Source: Dictyostelium discoideum (taxonomy: Eukaryota). Taken from it: a stretch of DNA of 64,000 nucleotides. The DNA lies in assembly GCA_000004695.1 (NCBI GenBank), contig CM000150.2:4704001-4768000 (forward strand). Reading direction: 5' to 3'. The position numbers and the translations under genes were made by a program. Below, one piece after another: positions 33,656 to 47,899 of the stretch. Below the pieces are notes generated by a model, which had not been told where the DNA came from, did no database searches, and worked only from the letters and a program-made list of their open reading frames with translations. Every line of letters begins with the position of its first letter. The first letter of the stretch is position 1.

Positions 33656-36194
33656 TTAAAAGTTATTTCTTTGTTGGGGATTTTGTTGAAATTGTTGAAA
33701 ATGGGATGGAATAAAATTTTGTGATTGGTTATAATAATTTGAACCATATGCTTTGTATTGATTTGAAATGTCAGATTGTTGACCTTGTTGTTGTTGTTGT
33801 TGTTGTTGTACTTGTGGGATAGAGTTTACTTGATGATGGGTTGGGTTAAAAGTGTTTTGTTTTGGATTGGTTGGTGAACCAGCTGCTAATTGTGGACTAC
33901 CTTGATTGTTAAGTGGTTTTTGTTGTGATGGATCTTGGAAGTTGGAGTATTGTGGTTGTTGTGGTTGTTGTTGTTGTTGTGGTTGTTGTTGTTGATTTTG
34001 TTGTTGTTGTGGATAACCGTACATTCCTTTGTTGAAGTCTTGTTCTTCGGCAGAATAACCTTGTTGTGGGTGTTGTGGGTAACCACGACCAACATTCATA
34101 TGGTATGGTTTATGATAGTATGGATATTGGACTTGTTGATGATAGTAGTATGGATATTGTGGGTATTGGAATGGCATGAATGGTGCATGGTTGTTTTGTT
34201 GGAGTGGTGGTGATTGTGAACTTGGTTGATTTTGGTTGTTGGTTGGGTCTTGGTGTTGTTGGAATTTACCGTCTTGTTGAACTTGGACTTGTTGTTGTTG
34301 TTGTTGTTGTTGTCCTCTGTAGGTTGGGTTGGCATTACCACTATTTCTGAATTGCTTGTTGGCAGTGTTATCGTTAACTGGTGAAGTGGTTCTGTTGTAG
34401 TTTGGTTGATAAGAGTTATCGTAGAATTGTTGTCTAACTCTAAAGTCGTTTTCTTGATCAAAGAAGCTTGGGACTGGTACCATATATGGTTGTTGTAAGT
34501 AGTTACCATATTGTTGGTGAATGTCATTCTCTGACATCATGTGACCATCCATTGGATTCATTGATGGCATACCACCAATTTGATTTGACATCATTGGGAA
34601 AGTTTGGTAGTGTGGAATATTGTTATTAATTTGTTGATGACCATGCATTTGTTGTTGTTGGTGTTGTTGTTGTTGTTGATGTTGTTGTGGAATAACTTGT
34701 TGTTTTGGTACTTGTTGTTGAACTTGTTGTGGTTGTTGAGTAATAGCTTGTGGTTGTTGTTGAACTTGTTGTTGAACTTGTGGTTGTTGTGGAACAATTA
34801 TTGGTTGTTGTTGAATTGGTTGAACAGTTTGTTGAACAGTAGTTGATTCAATAACAACGGTTTCGGTGGTACTTTTACCAAATTGAACTTCAAAGTTTGG
34901 ATCAAATGAAACAGAGTCTGGTAAAGCGACTGGAGTGTCACCCATTTTATTGGTTTTGAATGGTTGACGATTTGGAGTGGAAGTGGTGGTAGTGGTTGAT
35001 GGGACAGCATCTTTTGGTTTCCATGCATGAGTTGTACCTGGTTTAGAACCAAAGTTTTGTCTTGGTTGTTGTGAGGTAGTGGTAGTGACTGGTGCAGTTT
35101 GTTGTTGTTGTTGTTGTTGTTGTTGTGGAACAGCAACTGGTTGTTGAACAGTTGAAGTTGAAACAGCTTGTTGAACTGGTGAACCTGGTTGTTGAACTGG
35201 GGCAGCTGGTTGTTGAACTGGGGCAACTGGTTGTTGAGCTGGGGCAGTAGCTGATTGAACTGGAGCAGCTGGTTGTTGTACTGGTACAACTGGTGCGGTT
35301 TGAGTGGTGGCAGTTTCAACGACAACAGCATTGGTTGCAGCAACTGGAGCAGTTGGTGATGGGGTTGCAGTTTCAGTGGTGGTTGGTGCAACGACAGCTG
35401 GAGTGGTTGCGGTGGCAGTAACTGGTGCAGTTGTTGTAGTGGCAACTGGTGCGACAACAGCTGATTTTGGTTGACTGGCAGCATTAATTGCTTCTAAAAA
35501 GGTTGGGGCTGAGTTGGTGGTAGTGGTTGGTTTTGTGGTGGTTGGTGCAGCAGTGGTGGTGGTAGTGTTGGTGGTAGCAGTAGTAGTTGATGGTGATGAG
35601 GTGGTGGAGGTGGTGGCAGTAGTTGGTGCAGTGATTGATGGTGATGTGGTGGCAGTGGTGGTTGGTGTAGCAGTTGATGGTGAAGTTGTAGCAGCAGTTG
35701 AAGCAGATGTAGCATTATTTGTATTTGTAGTGGTGGTAGTGGTTGGTGATGTTGTTGATGGTTGTGAAACAGTTTGAGCTTTTTGTTTGGCTGCTTCTTG
35801 TTGTTGTTTACGTTTATTTTCACTTTCTTTTAAAATTTCAACCATAGTTTTACCACCTGTAATATTAGGGTGAAGAACATTTGATTGATCTGCTGGTGAT
35901 GCTGTTGAGGCTGCTGGTACTGTAGATGGTGTAGTTGTAGTTGTGGTTGAAGATGGAATTGATTGATCGATATCTACTGGTTTTGGAGCAGTTGGTGATA
36001 ATTGTCTCTTTTGAACATGTTGATTTGGTCCTCTATTCATTGGTGAGGATCCATTTATTCTATTATTTTTAAAATTACTATTATTATTATTATTATTGTT
36101 GTTGTTGTTGTTGTTATTGTTGTTATTGTTGTTGTTGTTCATATTATTATTTGAATTTATTTTATTACGTAATTGTTCTTTATCGCCATCTAAA

Positions 36195-36226
<32 letters not shown>

Positions 36227-36668
36227 TTAGAAATTAAATTTGTATTTTTTTTTTTTTTTAAAAAAAAAGAGAATTATTTAAAAAATAAAATATTAATTTA
36301 CCTTTAATATCTTTTTTAATCTTTCCTTTATCTTCTTTCTTTATGTTATTTCTGTTGATATCATCTTTATTCTTTGGTTTGGATTCTTTCTTCTTTGTGA
36401 CTTCCTCCCAGTGACCGTGAGTCTCTTTAATAAGACCTTCAACGATATAAAGGATTGTAGTTTCAACGTTGAAATTTGTTTGTTGTAAAGCACTTACAAT
36501 ATCATCTTCGGACCAAAGTGGATAAACGTCTCTAACTTTTCTAATTTCTTCTCTGTGGTCACTGTTATTACCATTAGATTCTGTATTTAAAGTTTTGATT
36601 GGTTCCGAGTTGCCACCCTTTTTACCACCACCTGTTTTTTGTTGTTTTACTGCTTCTTTTTGCACCAT
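33656..36668 (-). CDS. CUE-domain protein with a very long Q/N/T/P-rich low-complexity region (2 exons, intron 36190..36301)
   Basis: Exon 1 (36668..36302) carries a CUE-like motif, VYPLWSEDDIVSALQQTNFNVETTILYIVEGL. A GTAAAT donor and a TTTAG acceptor join it to exon 2 (36189..33656). Exon 2 encodes poly-N, poly-T, PVQQPAA repeats, poly-Q and QYPQYPYYY tracts. Confidence 0.7.
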
Positions 36669-36781
36669 TTTATATATCTGTATTTATATGTATAAGAGTG
36701 TGTATTGTGTTGTTTATTTCTTGTTTTTTTTTTTATGTAATTATTTTTATAAGATATCTGTTGAGTGAAGAAAAAAAAATG

Positions 36782-36819
<38 letters not shown>

Positions 36820-37538
36820 AGAATTTAATTTTTTTTATTTTTATTTTATTTTTTTTTTATTTTTATTTTTTTTTTTTTTGAGTTTTTAAAAATTTTAAGC
36901 AGTATGGCGAAAATACATGTGATTTGAAGAACAAAAAAAAAAAAATAAAAAAAAATAATAAAAAAATAAATAAAAAATTTGGGCAGTTAATTGGTTCCCA
37001 TATGAAAAAATCGAAAATTGAATTTTTTAAAACGATTAATTGATATTATTTATAATCGATGTTATTTAATTAGGGTTAAAAAATAAAAAATAAAAAAAAT
37101 AAAAATAAATATTAAAATTAAAAAAACGAAAGAAAAAAAAAAATGTTTGTTTATTTGATAAGTTTTAATTACAGTTGTATTTTTAGATTTTTTTTTTTTT
37201 TTTTTTATTTTATTTTTAAAATTAATTTTGTATTATTTTTTTTTTTTTTTTATTCAAATGATCATCTTAATGAGTTGAAAATGAAAACTATAAAGATTTT
37301 TTAATAAGAGAAATTAAGATAAAAAAAAAATAAAAAATAAAAAAAAAAAATAAAATAAAAAAAAAGGATGGTTTAATTTTTTTTATTTGTTTTTTATTTG
37401 TTTTTTTATTTTGTTTTGTTTTTTTTTTATTTTTTTATTATTATTCCAAATTGAATCTGTTCGACCAAATACGAATTATTTTTATTTTATTTTTTATTTT
37501 TTTTTTATGTGGGGGGGTGTTTTGTTTCGAAAGTGTGT

Positions 37539-37592
<54 letters not shown>

Positions 37593-37795
37593 ACAAAAAA
37601 AAAAAAAAATAGTTAAGAAAATAAAAATAGTTTGGTTAAATAAAAAAAAAAATTTAAAAGGATTAGACTTCAATGTCAACAATCCATCAAATCATTTTTT
37701 TTTTTTTTTTTTTAATTCTATAATTCCTACCTAAATCCCCAAACGAATAGTTAAATATTTATATAAAAAGTAAGAGTATGTTGTGATATGAATAT

Positions 37796-37833
<38 letters not shown>

Positions 37834-37843
37834 AAATTAAAAG

Positions 37844-37893
<50 letters not shown>

Positions 37894-37969
37894 AATAAAA
37901 TTGAAAATAATTTTTATTTTTTTTTTGAAGTTCTGGCATTCAAATTGACGTTAAATCTAAATAGGAAAG

Positions 37970-38016
<47 letters not shown>

Positions 38017-38506
38017 CTTAACCGAATTTTATTACTTGTTTAATTGTTTTTTTTTTTTTTATTATTATTAACAAATTGTTTTGGTTATTTAGTTTCTATT
38101 TTTTTTTTTTTACATCAATTGCCCACCAATTTATTTTTTTTATTTATTTTATTTTTATTTTTATTTTTATTTTTTATAATTTTTTTTTTTTTTTATTTGT
38201 TTTTTTCTTTTTTTAGGGGTTTGGAAATTTCAAACAAAAATATTAATAATTAAATCAATTTTTTTCCAATTTGGTATTATTACAAATAATTTAGAGTTTT
38301 ATAAAAATTTAGGATTTATTAAAAATTTTATTTTTTTTTCCCAATTTTTTCTTTTTTTTTAATTAAAAAAAAAAAAAAAAAAAAATCTTAATAATGATTT
38401 TTTTTATTTTTTTTTTTTATTTTTTTATTTTTTTTTTTGAGTCACCAAAGGCAAATTAAAAATCAAATAAAATAATATAACAATAAATATTTATTTTTAA
38501 TATAGA

Positions 38507-39244
38507 ATGGTTGAATTAAATGGAGAAATTGATATTCCATATGGATTATATATGGAAATTGAAAATATTAATAAAAAGAAACCACTAAAGTATTTAATAT
38601 CACATTCAACCTATAGTTGCATTTGTAAAGATGGTTTTGTTTCAGTTGAATGTGAATATCAGATTAGAGTATTTGATAGAAAAGAAAGAGGAAATAAAGA
38701 AATAGGAAACTCAATTAGCACCAAAGAATCAATTCAATTAATTTCCCAACAATCAACAATATTAGAGAGTACAATAAAATATTCAAATGGTAGTAGTAGC
38801 ACTGGCAATAGTCTTCGTAATAGCGGTGGAAGTGATATCGAGAATTGGGATGATGGTGAAACTGTTGAAGCATCCATTTTAACATCTGGAGAATACTATT
38901 ATTTACATATTAGTAGTGCAGGTAGATATTATGTAAAATTATTATTATCAACACCTTATTTAACCTCAAAAGAAGCTGGTATGAATTTACCAATTCCACA
39001 ATGTTCAAATAATTCAGTATTTTTTAGTGTACCACATAAAGATGCAAATATTAAAATCTTTAATTCATTCATTGATCAATCAAATTCAAGTTTAATTTCA
39101 GAGAAATTAAATTTATTAACTTCTCAATCAACAACAACATCATCAAGAACAACAGCTTTTGTAAAACTTGCAAATGAAAAATCATTAAAAGCTCAATGGA
39201 CTGTAAATGATGAATCGAATCAAAGTACTGATGTTAATAATAGC

Positions 39245-39302
<58 letters not shown>

Positions 39303-40747
39303 TTAATAATAGTAATAGTTTAGCACCAAAAGTAACTTCCAAACCAAATGTTACAGTAATTCAAAATAATTTATGTTCAATTGGTGAAGGATTACTATCA
39401 ATGAAATCACATTTTGATTATAAAATTATAGCTGGTACATTATCATTATTTAATGTTGAAATTGAAAATAATATTAACATTATAAATGTTCAAGGTATTG
39501 CAATAAAGAAATGGGAAGTTTTAGATAAAGTTAATTCAAATTCACCATCGTCATCATCATCTTCTTCTTCTGGATTTAATAGAATTATACAAATTCAATT
39601 AGATTATGGTATTGAAAATTCATATAAATTATTAATAACAAGTGAATATTCAATGAAAGATACAAGTGGTGAATTATCAATACCATCAATGAGATGTATG
39701 GGTGAAGAAATCTCAAGACAACGTGGTTTCCTTGGAGTTGAAGCACGTACAAATGTTGAAATCTCTGATATTGGTAATGAAGGATTAAGTGTTGTCGATC
39801 TTAAAGAATTACCACCACAAATTAGATCAATGGCAAATCATCCAATTTTATTAAGTTATAAATTCCTAGAACCACAATTTAAATTGGCACTTAAAGTTAA
39901 ACGTAATAAAGATTGTGCAGTATTGGTATCATTGGTTGAAAGTATGAGTTGGGTTACAACGGTTAGTTATAGTGGTAAAATGATTCATCAAATGGTATTA
40001 CTTATTAAAAATACACAAAAACAATTCCTAAAGATTCAAATGCCATGGGAGTATGAAATTTGGTCCACAGTTATGGATGGTGAACCAATCAAACCATCCA
40101 TTGGTGATTCAGATCAACAATTATTAATACCAATTTTAAAACCTGGTTGTTTTGATCAAAATACTCCAATTAAAGTCGAAGTTGTAATTTTACAAAAGAA
40201 ACTACACAAGTTTAATAATAATGGAAAGGGTAAATTTAATTTCGTAGTACCAAAAATTGATTTACCACTTCAAAATATATTTTGTACAGTTTATTTACCA
40301 CCATGTTTAGCTTCAAATTGTATTGGAAACTTAAAGAATGTTGAATCATTTTCATTAACTCCACCATCTGCTTCAAATATTAGTGTTAATTCAATGAAGA
40401 GACTACAAAATGTTGGTGGTTACTCTCAAAATAATGATATCACCTCTTCATTTTCAAAAGTTGGTTTTAAATCTGCAAGAAAAGCACCAGTTCAAACAAT
40501 ATTTGTCGAAATACCAACCACTCAAAATCAAATCAAATTTCAACAAATTCTATTATCTGGTGACAAAGATTTAACTTTTGGTTTCGATTATAAATTGGAA
40601 CAAGTTAAACATTTTAGAAATACAAATTTAAATAGAAGTCGTGCAATTACCATAAATCTTATACTCTTTATTTTATTACCAATTCTAACTTTTTATTATT
40701 ATTTTTATTTAAATAGAAATAATAAGGTTGATATAGTCTTTGAATAA
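38507..40747 (+). CDS. Hypothetical 746-aa protein with one C-terminal transmembrane helix (tail-anchored topology)
   Basis: A long uninterrupted ORF. It has a poly-N insert and a C-terminal ...AITINLILFILLPILTFYYYFYLNRNNKVDIVFE segment. I recognised no family. Upstream exons are not excluded. Confidence 0.5.
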
Positions 40748-41218
40748 ATCGAGAAATCTTAAAACTACTCCTTTAGGTTCAATTAGGTTTCAAAAATTAT
40801 ATAACTATAAAAAAAAAATAAAAAAAAAATAAAAAAATAAAATAAAATAGAACCTTTTTTAGAGTCACCAGATATTTTTTTTTTTTATAAAACTTTTTTT
40901 CCAACCTCCAGATATTTTTTTATTAATGTTTTGTTAATTTTCCCTTACCACATGACGCGTTATTTTTATTTTTTTTATTTTTTTATTTTTTTTTAATTAA
41001 TCTCTTATTTTTTGATATGATTTCTTAGCGACAATTAATTTCTATTAATTTATGAAAAAAAAGAAGCTAAAAACCCATTAGTATTTTATTTTTTTTTTTT
41101 TTGATTATAAAACTTTTATGCACACTAGGAATTTGTGTTAAAGAACCAAGAGGAAATTTCTTAAACCATTTATTTTAAGCAAACGTTTTCTGGAAAAAAA
41201 AAAAAATTTATTTTTGAA

Positions 41219-41264
<46 letters not shown>

Positions 41265-41421
41265 TAATTAAATTAATTCAATATTTTTTTTAAACTCGTT
41301 AACTATAAAAATAAAACAATCAAAAAAATTTCACATTTTTTTTTTTTTTTTTTTTTAAAAAAAAATATCAAAACAATTCTTTTTCAAGATTTCCCTAACC
41401 ATCGCAACAATATAATAAATC

Positions 41422-44400
41422 ATGAATATTAAAATTTTATTTATTTTATTTTTTTTATTTATTAATTTAATAAAATCACAAATACAACAGGATCAATATG
41501 AATGTTTATATTCATTATTTTTTAAATATAATTCATTGGCAGTATTCAGTAATGATAAATCTGACCCTTCCAAACTGGATTTTTGTAACTCAACCGGTAT
41601 CGATTGTGAAGGAGGAAACAAAATCAAAAAGTGAGTAAATTTTAATTTAATTTAATTTCTTTTATTTTTTAAAAAAAAAAGGTTCTAATTTTTAATAATA
41701 AAATTAATAATTTAGGCTTTCTTTAGAAGGGGGAATTAATATTTTATCAAATGAAAAACAATTGGTCTTATTAGATATATTTTGTTTACCAGATCTTTTT
41801 CAATTGTAAATATAAATTAAAAAAAAAAAAAAAAAAAAAAATGAAAACAAATATTAAAAAAATGTATATATTTTTTTTTTTTTTTTTTTAATAACATGTA
41901 AAATAGATCAATTAAAAGTATAAATATTTCAGATGAAGTTTTATATGATAAAATGACAGATTATTATTCTTTAACAATTATTAATGTTATTGGTGATACA
42001 TTTAAAAATGGTATAACAAGACCACTTCCTTCTCTTATATTTTTGTAAGATCTATAATTAAAATAGCTTTATTTCCATATATTTATTTATTTATTTATTT
42101 TATAATTTTTTATTAATACAAATATATATATAGAAATATTGAAAGTAATAAATTAGAAAATACAATATTGAAATTCTCATTAATAGAAAAAATATCAAAT
42201 CTTAAAATTGAAGGTAGTTTTATATATTTGGAAAACGATTTAAGTATTGATAATAATAAACTTTCTTATTTAAAAGTAAATGCTTTAAATTATCCAGATT
42301 TTTCAAATTTTGAAATACTATCAACTGTTGATTTTAATTTTAATGATAATTTTTTAAAAGATTCAGTTCAAAATGTTTCAACAATTCCATCACTTGATTC
42401 AATGTTAATTAGAAATACAATACCATTGGAATTTAATTTTAATCTATGTCCAAATGTAAAAAGATTATTGGTTCAAGGTCCATTATCCAAACCAAGTGGG
42501 TATATAGATTTAACAAAAAATATTTTTGTATCCTTATTTTTAGGAAATCCAACAGAAAATTTTAATGTAGATGGAAATTTTCCATTATTACTTGCAGAGA
42601 ATACATATTTTACAATTTATAATTCAACTTTTAATAATGTTCCATCAAATTTAAAAAGAGGTATTAATTCACTTACAATGATTTATGAAACTATATTTTT
42701 AAATTCAACATTACCAAAATTTACTGGTTCAGGCTTTACCTTTATATATCCAAATAATAATATAATTGGAACAATAGATGAATCTTGGTGTGAAACTCAT
42801 TTATCAGTTAGAAATAATGAATTAGAAGGGTAGTTATTGTTATTATTAAAAAAAAAAATATTTATATATTTATATATATATATTAAATTGTTGTTTTTTT
42901 TTTTTTTAAATTTAATTTAGTTCAATACCTTCATGCTTTACATGTTATTTTAAAGATAATGAAACTTATTTAAATGGAGATGTTCTTTCAATGTTTGATA
43001 GATTTCTTGGTAATAAATTCACAAATTATGATAAAACAATAGAATGTACAACATTTGAACCAGTTGTTACAATTGATAAATCAAATGGTAAAAATAATGA
43101 AATAATTTTATCAGGTAAAGATATTGGTTTCAATTATAAAAGTTGGCTTTATAATGATAAAGTTATGAATTTAACAAAAACTAATAAAGTTGGTAAAAGT
43201 TATACACTTAGTATTGATGAAGATTTATCTTTATTAGATTTTATTCCAATTCATTTCATTTATCCAAATAATCAAACATTATTTTTCCCAATTAAAGATA
43301 AATTGTTTACTATAAGTTCAGTTACTTCAAAAGTTGATAATAATAATAATTTATTTTTAATTCAAGGTAGTTTATTTTCAACATATAAAGGATACATTAA
43401 ACAATTGGTACAAATTCAAGGTATAGATTGTAAGATCAATTTTGAAGATTTCTTTCATATAGATTGTATTACAAATCAAGCAATTCCTATAGTTGAAAGT
43501 AAATTTAAAAAGTTAACAATTAATTCTGGTTCATTTTCAAAATCAGTTTTAATTAATATTACAGATGGTGCGATAAATCAAAAGAATTGTATGAATGATT
43601 GTAATGGTGCTAATGGTATTTGTAATTTATATTTAGGAAATTGTATTTGTAATGAGTATCAATGGTTAGGTGAAGATTGTTCAATACCATATCATTATAT
43701 TTCATCGGTTGATGTTCCAACAACACCAAATGGAGTTTCAAGTTTTTCAGGTAACTTTGGTGATAAACATACCAATTTATCAATAACAATTGGTAATTTA
43801 CCATGTGATCCAATTATTTTGATTTCTACAAATATTATTACATGTAAAGAACCTATTGGTAGTGGAACTAAATTAGCAATAATTACACAAAATGGTGTAA
43901 ATGCATCTATAATTTATAATTATTATCAAGCTTATAAGCAATGCCCTTCAAATTGTTCAAATCATGGTATTTGTAATAACCAAACTGGTGAATGTAAATG
44001 TAATTCTTTATACAAAGGTTTTGATTGTAGTATTTTAATTGACAATGGCGGTGGTGGTCTTCCAACTAATTCAACAGTAAATGAAAATACAGGAGGTACA
44101 GATATATCAAATCAAGATACTCAATTTAAAATTTATTTTAAATCATTAGTTGAAGTTGATTTTAATGGAAATCCAATAATTGAATATAAATTATTAGATA
44201 ATTGGAAATCAATTAAAACAAATGATAAATTTATATATAAGCTAACTCAAAAATTGAATAATACTCAATGTGAAATCATTTCAAATATTGAAGAAATTCA
44301 ACAAATCGATGGTAAACAATTTACATTTGCAAATTTAAATTTCAGATTAGATCAAGGTTCAATTAAATTTAGTTTAAATATAGTTAATTATACTTATCAA

Positions 44401-44998
44401 AATAATTTAAATACTCTTAGACTTGATTTAATATCATCAGTTGAACAAATTAATTACAAAGATAATGAATGTAATGAAAAAGAAATATCAATTGATACAA
44501 ATAATAATAATAATAATAATAATAATTTATCATCATTTAATTATATTAAAATTTCAAAGAATAATAAGATATTAAATGGTAGATTCATAAATAAAGTTGT
44601 ATCAGATGGTAAAGTAACTTTTCTATCTACAACTATTAAAAATGATTCAAATTCTATAATTATATCTTTAAATTTACCACATTGTATAAATGAATGTATT
44701 ATTGATCCAGGTATGTTTATTTATTATAAAACAAAATTCTAAATTTTTTTTTTTTTTTTTTACTAAATCATAGTTTTTTTTTTTATTATTTTTAGATTTC
44801 TCATTATTAGTAGATATGAAATCATATGAATCATGTTCAAATGAAAATAAAAGAGAAGCTTGGTTCCTTCCAGTAGTCATTGTAATTCCAACTATATCTT
44901 TGGCATTACTTGTTATATTGATATTTATACTCTATAAAAGATCCACTGTTTTGAAAATCCAAATTCATAAATTAAAAAGAATAAATAAAAAAACATAA
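41422..44998 (+). CDS. Type I membrane protein with an N-terminal LRR-like region and EGF-like Cys modules (6 exons)
   Basis: Exons are 41422..41630 (signal peptide MNIKILFILFFLFINLIKS), 41716..41805, 41907..42044, 42134..~42830, 42921..44710 and 44796..44998. Donors are GTGAGT, GTAAAT, GTAAGA, GTAGTT and GTATGT. EGF-like modules are CMNDCNGANGICNLYLGNCICNEYQWLGEDCS and CPSNCSNHGICNNQTGECKCNSLYKGFDCS. A TM helix (FLPVVIVIPTISLALLVILIFIL) precedes a basic tail. Near 42780 the printed sequence and the ORF track differ by one base, so the exon 4 end is +/-1. Confidence 0.65.
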
Positions 44999-45182
44999 AA
45001 ATAAACAAATAATAATAATATTCAGAAAAAAAAAAAAAAAAAATCTGGGAAAAACAAAACATATTTAGCCCCACAAGCGTTTTGTTTTTTTTTTTTTTAT
45101 TTTTAAAAAATTGTCAAATTTTCATTTTTCACTTTTTATTTTTTTTTTTTTTTTTTATTTTTAAAATTATTTATTTAGTTTG

Positions 45183-47366
45183 ATGGCATCAATTATCAAA
45201 TTTACAGCATTATCTGGAGCAAAAGATGAATCACCACCATGTTATTTATTAGAAATTGATGATTTTTGTATATTATTAGATTGTGGTCTAAGTTATAATT
45301 TAGACTTTTCATTATTAGAACCATTGGAAAAGTTTGTACTTCATTTAATCAAAATATAATTTTTATCTTTTTATTATAGATTATTATAAGATTATTAAAA
45401 GATTATTATAATATTTATTATAATATTTATTATTAATTTAAAATAAAATATTTATTTAATTTACATTTTTTTTTTTTTTTTTTTTTTTTGAAGGGTTGCA
45501 AAGAAAATAGATGCAGTATTATTATCACATTCAGATACGACACATATTGGTGGGTTACCATATGTTGTTGGTAAATATGGATTAACAGGTACAATATATG
45601 GTACAACACCAGTATTAAAGATGGGTACAATGTTTTTATATGATTTATATGAGAATAAGATGTCACAAGAAGAGTTTCAACAATATAGTTTGGATAATAT
45701 TGATAGTTGTTTTGGAGAAGATAGATTTAAAGAATTAAGTTTTAGTCAGCATTATTCACTCTCTGGTAAAGGTAAAGGAATATCGATAACACCTTATTTG
45801 GCAGGACACACAATTGGTGCATCAGTTTGGAAGATTACAAAAGGTACTTATTCAATTGTTTACGCTATCGATTATAATCATAGAAATGAAGGACATTTAG
45901 ATAGTTTACAATTGACAAGTGATATTTTGAAGCCATCTTTGTTAATTACCGATTCAAAAGGTGTTGATAAAACATTAGCATTCAAAAAAACAATAACACG
46001 TGATCAATCATTATTTGAACAAATCAATAGAAATCTTCGTGATGGTGGTAATGTTTTGATACCAGTTGATACGGCTGGTAGAGTGTTGGAATTGTTACTT
46101 TGTATTGAAAACTATTGGTCAAAGAATAAGAGTTTGGCTTTATATAGTGTGGTGTTTTTAGGTAGATTTTCATTTAGCGTTTGTCAATTTGCAAGATCAC
46201 AATTGGAATTTATGAGTTCGACTGCCTCTGTAAAGTTTGAACAAAATATAGAGAATCCATTCTCATTTAAACATATTAAAATCTTATCATCATTAGAGGA
46301 ACTACAAGAATTACCCGATACTAATAAGGTTATATTAACAAGTTCACAAGATTTAGAAACTGGTTTCTCAAGAGAGTTATTTATACAATGGTGTTCAGAT
46401 CCAAAGACCTTAATTTTATTCACTCAAAAAATACCAAAAGATTCATTGGCTGACAAATTGATCAAACAATATTCAACACCCAATGGTAGAGGGAAGTGTA
46501 TTGAAATTGTACAAGGCTCACGTGTACCATTGACTGGTGATGAACTTCTTCAATATGAAATGGAACAAGCTAAACAACGTGAAGAGAAAAGATTAGAACA
46601 ATTAAGAAAGGAACAAGAGGAACGTGAAGAACGTGAAAGATTAGAAGAGGAAGAACGTGAACAACTTTTAAATGCTACCAATCAAGATCAACTTCAACAA
46701 CTACTCCAATTACAACAACAAAAAGAAAGAGGCATCATCGATGACTCTATGGTTCACATGAAGAATCCATTCGAAAATGATAGATTCGATCTATTGGATA
46801 GTGAATTTAAAAAACAATCAATGATAACCATGTTTCCCTACTTTGAGAAACATTTGAAATGGGGTGAATACGGTGAAGAGGACGATGACCTAATACTACG
46901 TAATCAAGATAAAAAAGTTGAAGAAGTAACAATGGAAGAGGATGAAATTCAAGAACAAGAAATACCAAAGAAAATTATAACTCAAACATTACGTTTACCA
47001 ATCAATTGTAAAATTCAAACAATAGATTATGAAGGCTGCTCCGATGGTCGTTCAATTAAAGCAATCATTCAACAAATTGCTCCAACAAAGTTGGTATTAA
47101 TTCGTGGATCCGAACAACAATCTCAAAGTATTGAAAATTATGTTAAAGAAAATATTCGTACAAAAGGTATTTACATTCCATCAATCGGTGAACAATTAGA
47201 TTTAACTTCTGATACAAATGTTTATGAATTACTCTTAAAAGATTCTTTAGTAAATACTTTAAAAACTTCTAAAATTTTGGATTATGAAGTTTCTTATATT
47301 CAAGGTAAAGTTGATATTTTAGATGGTTCAAATGTACCAGTTTTAGATTTAATACAATCAATTCCA

Positions 47367-47431
<65 letters not shown>

Positions 47432-47699
47432 CACTATGATGACAACAACAACAACAACAACGAATGGACATGATGAATCATTTATTGGTGATATAAAATT
47501 ATCAGATTTAAAACAAGTTTTGGTAAATGCTGGTATACAAGTTCAATTTGATCAAGGTATTTTAAATTGTGGTGGTTTAGTCTACATTTGGAGAGATGAA
47601 GATCATGGAGGTAATTCAATTATAAATGTTGATGGTATAATTTCTGATGAATATTATTTAATTAAAGAATTATTATATAAACAATTCCAAATTGTTTAA
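45183..47699 (+). CDS. cpsf2: Cleavage and polyadenylation specificity factor subunit 2 (CPSF-100) (2 exons, intron 45332..45493)
   Basis: Exon 1 ([35 protein letters not shown]...) is collinear with the human CPSF2 N-terminus. Exon 2 has [51 protein letters not shown] and C-terminal [18 protein letters not shown] blocks. A poly-N/poly-T insert lies at 47373..47460. Confidence 0.9.
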
Positions 47700-47899
47700 T
47701 CTTTTTTTTTTTTTTTAATCAAAAATAAATTGTAAATACTTTTTTTTTTTTATTTTTATTTTTATTTTTTTTGTTTGGGTAATTAAAAAAAAAAAGAAAA
47801 TATTAAATAAAAAATTAATAAAACTAAAAATAAAAACTAAAAAAAAAAAACTAAATGGCTATAGATAATTTTATATAATTTAAATTTTTATTTTTGTTT

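Noticed and set aside
33886-35823. Multiple 60-230-aa ORFs on both strands inside 33656..36142 (for example 34798..35484, 35494..35823, 34096..34527, 35514..35777)
   Set aside because: They are out-of-frame or antisense readings of CAA/ACA/CCA repeat DNA within the CUE-domain Q/N/T-rich gene. Only the 828-aa frame connects to the CUE exon with a valid splice.
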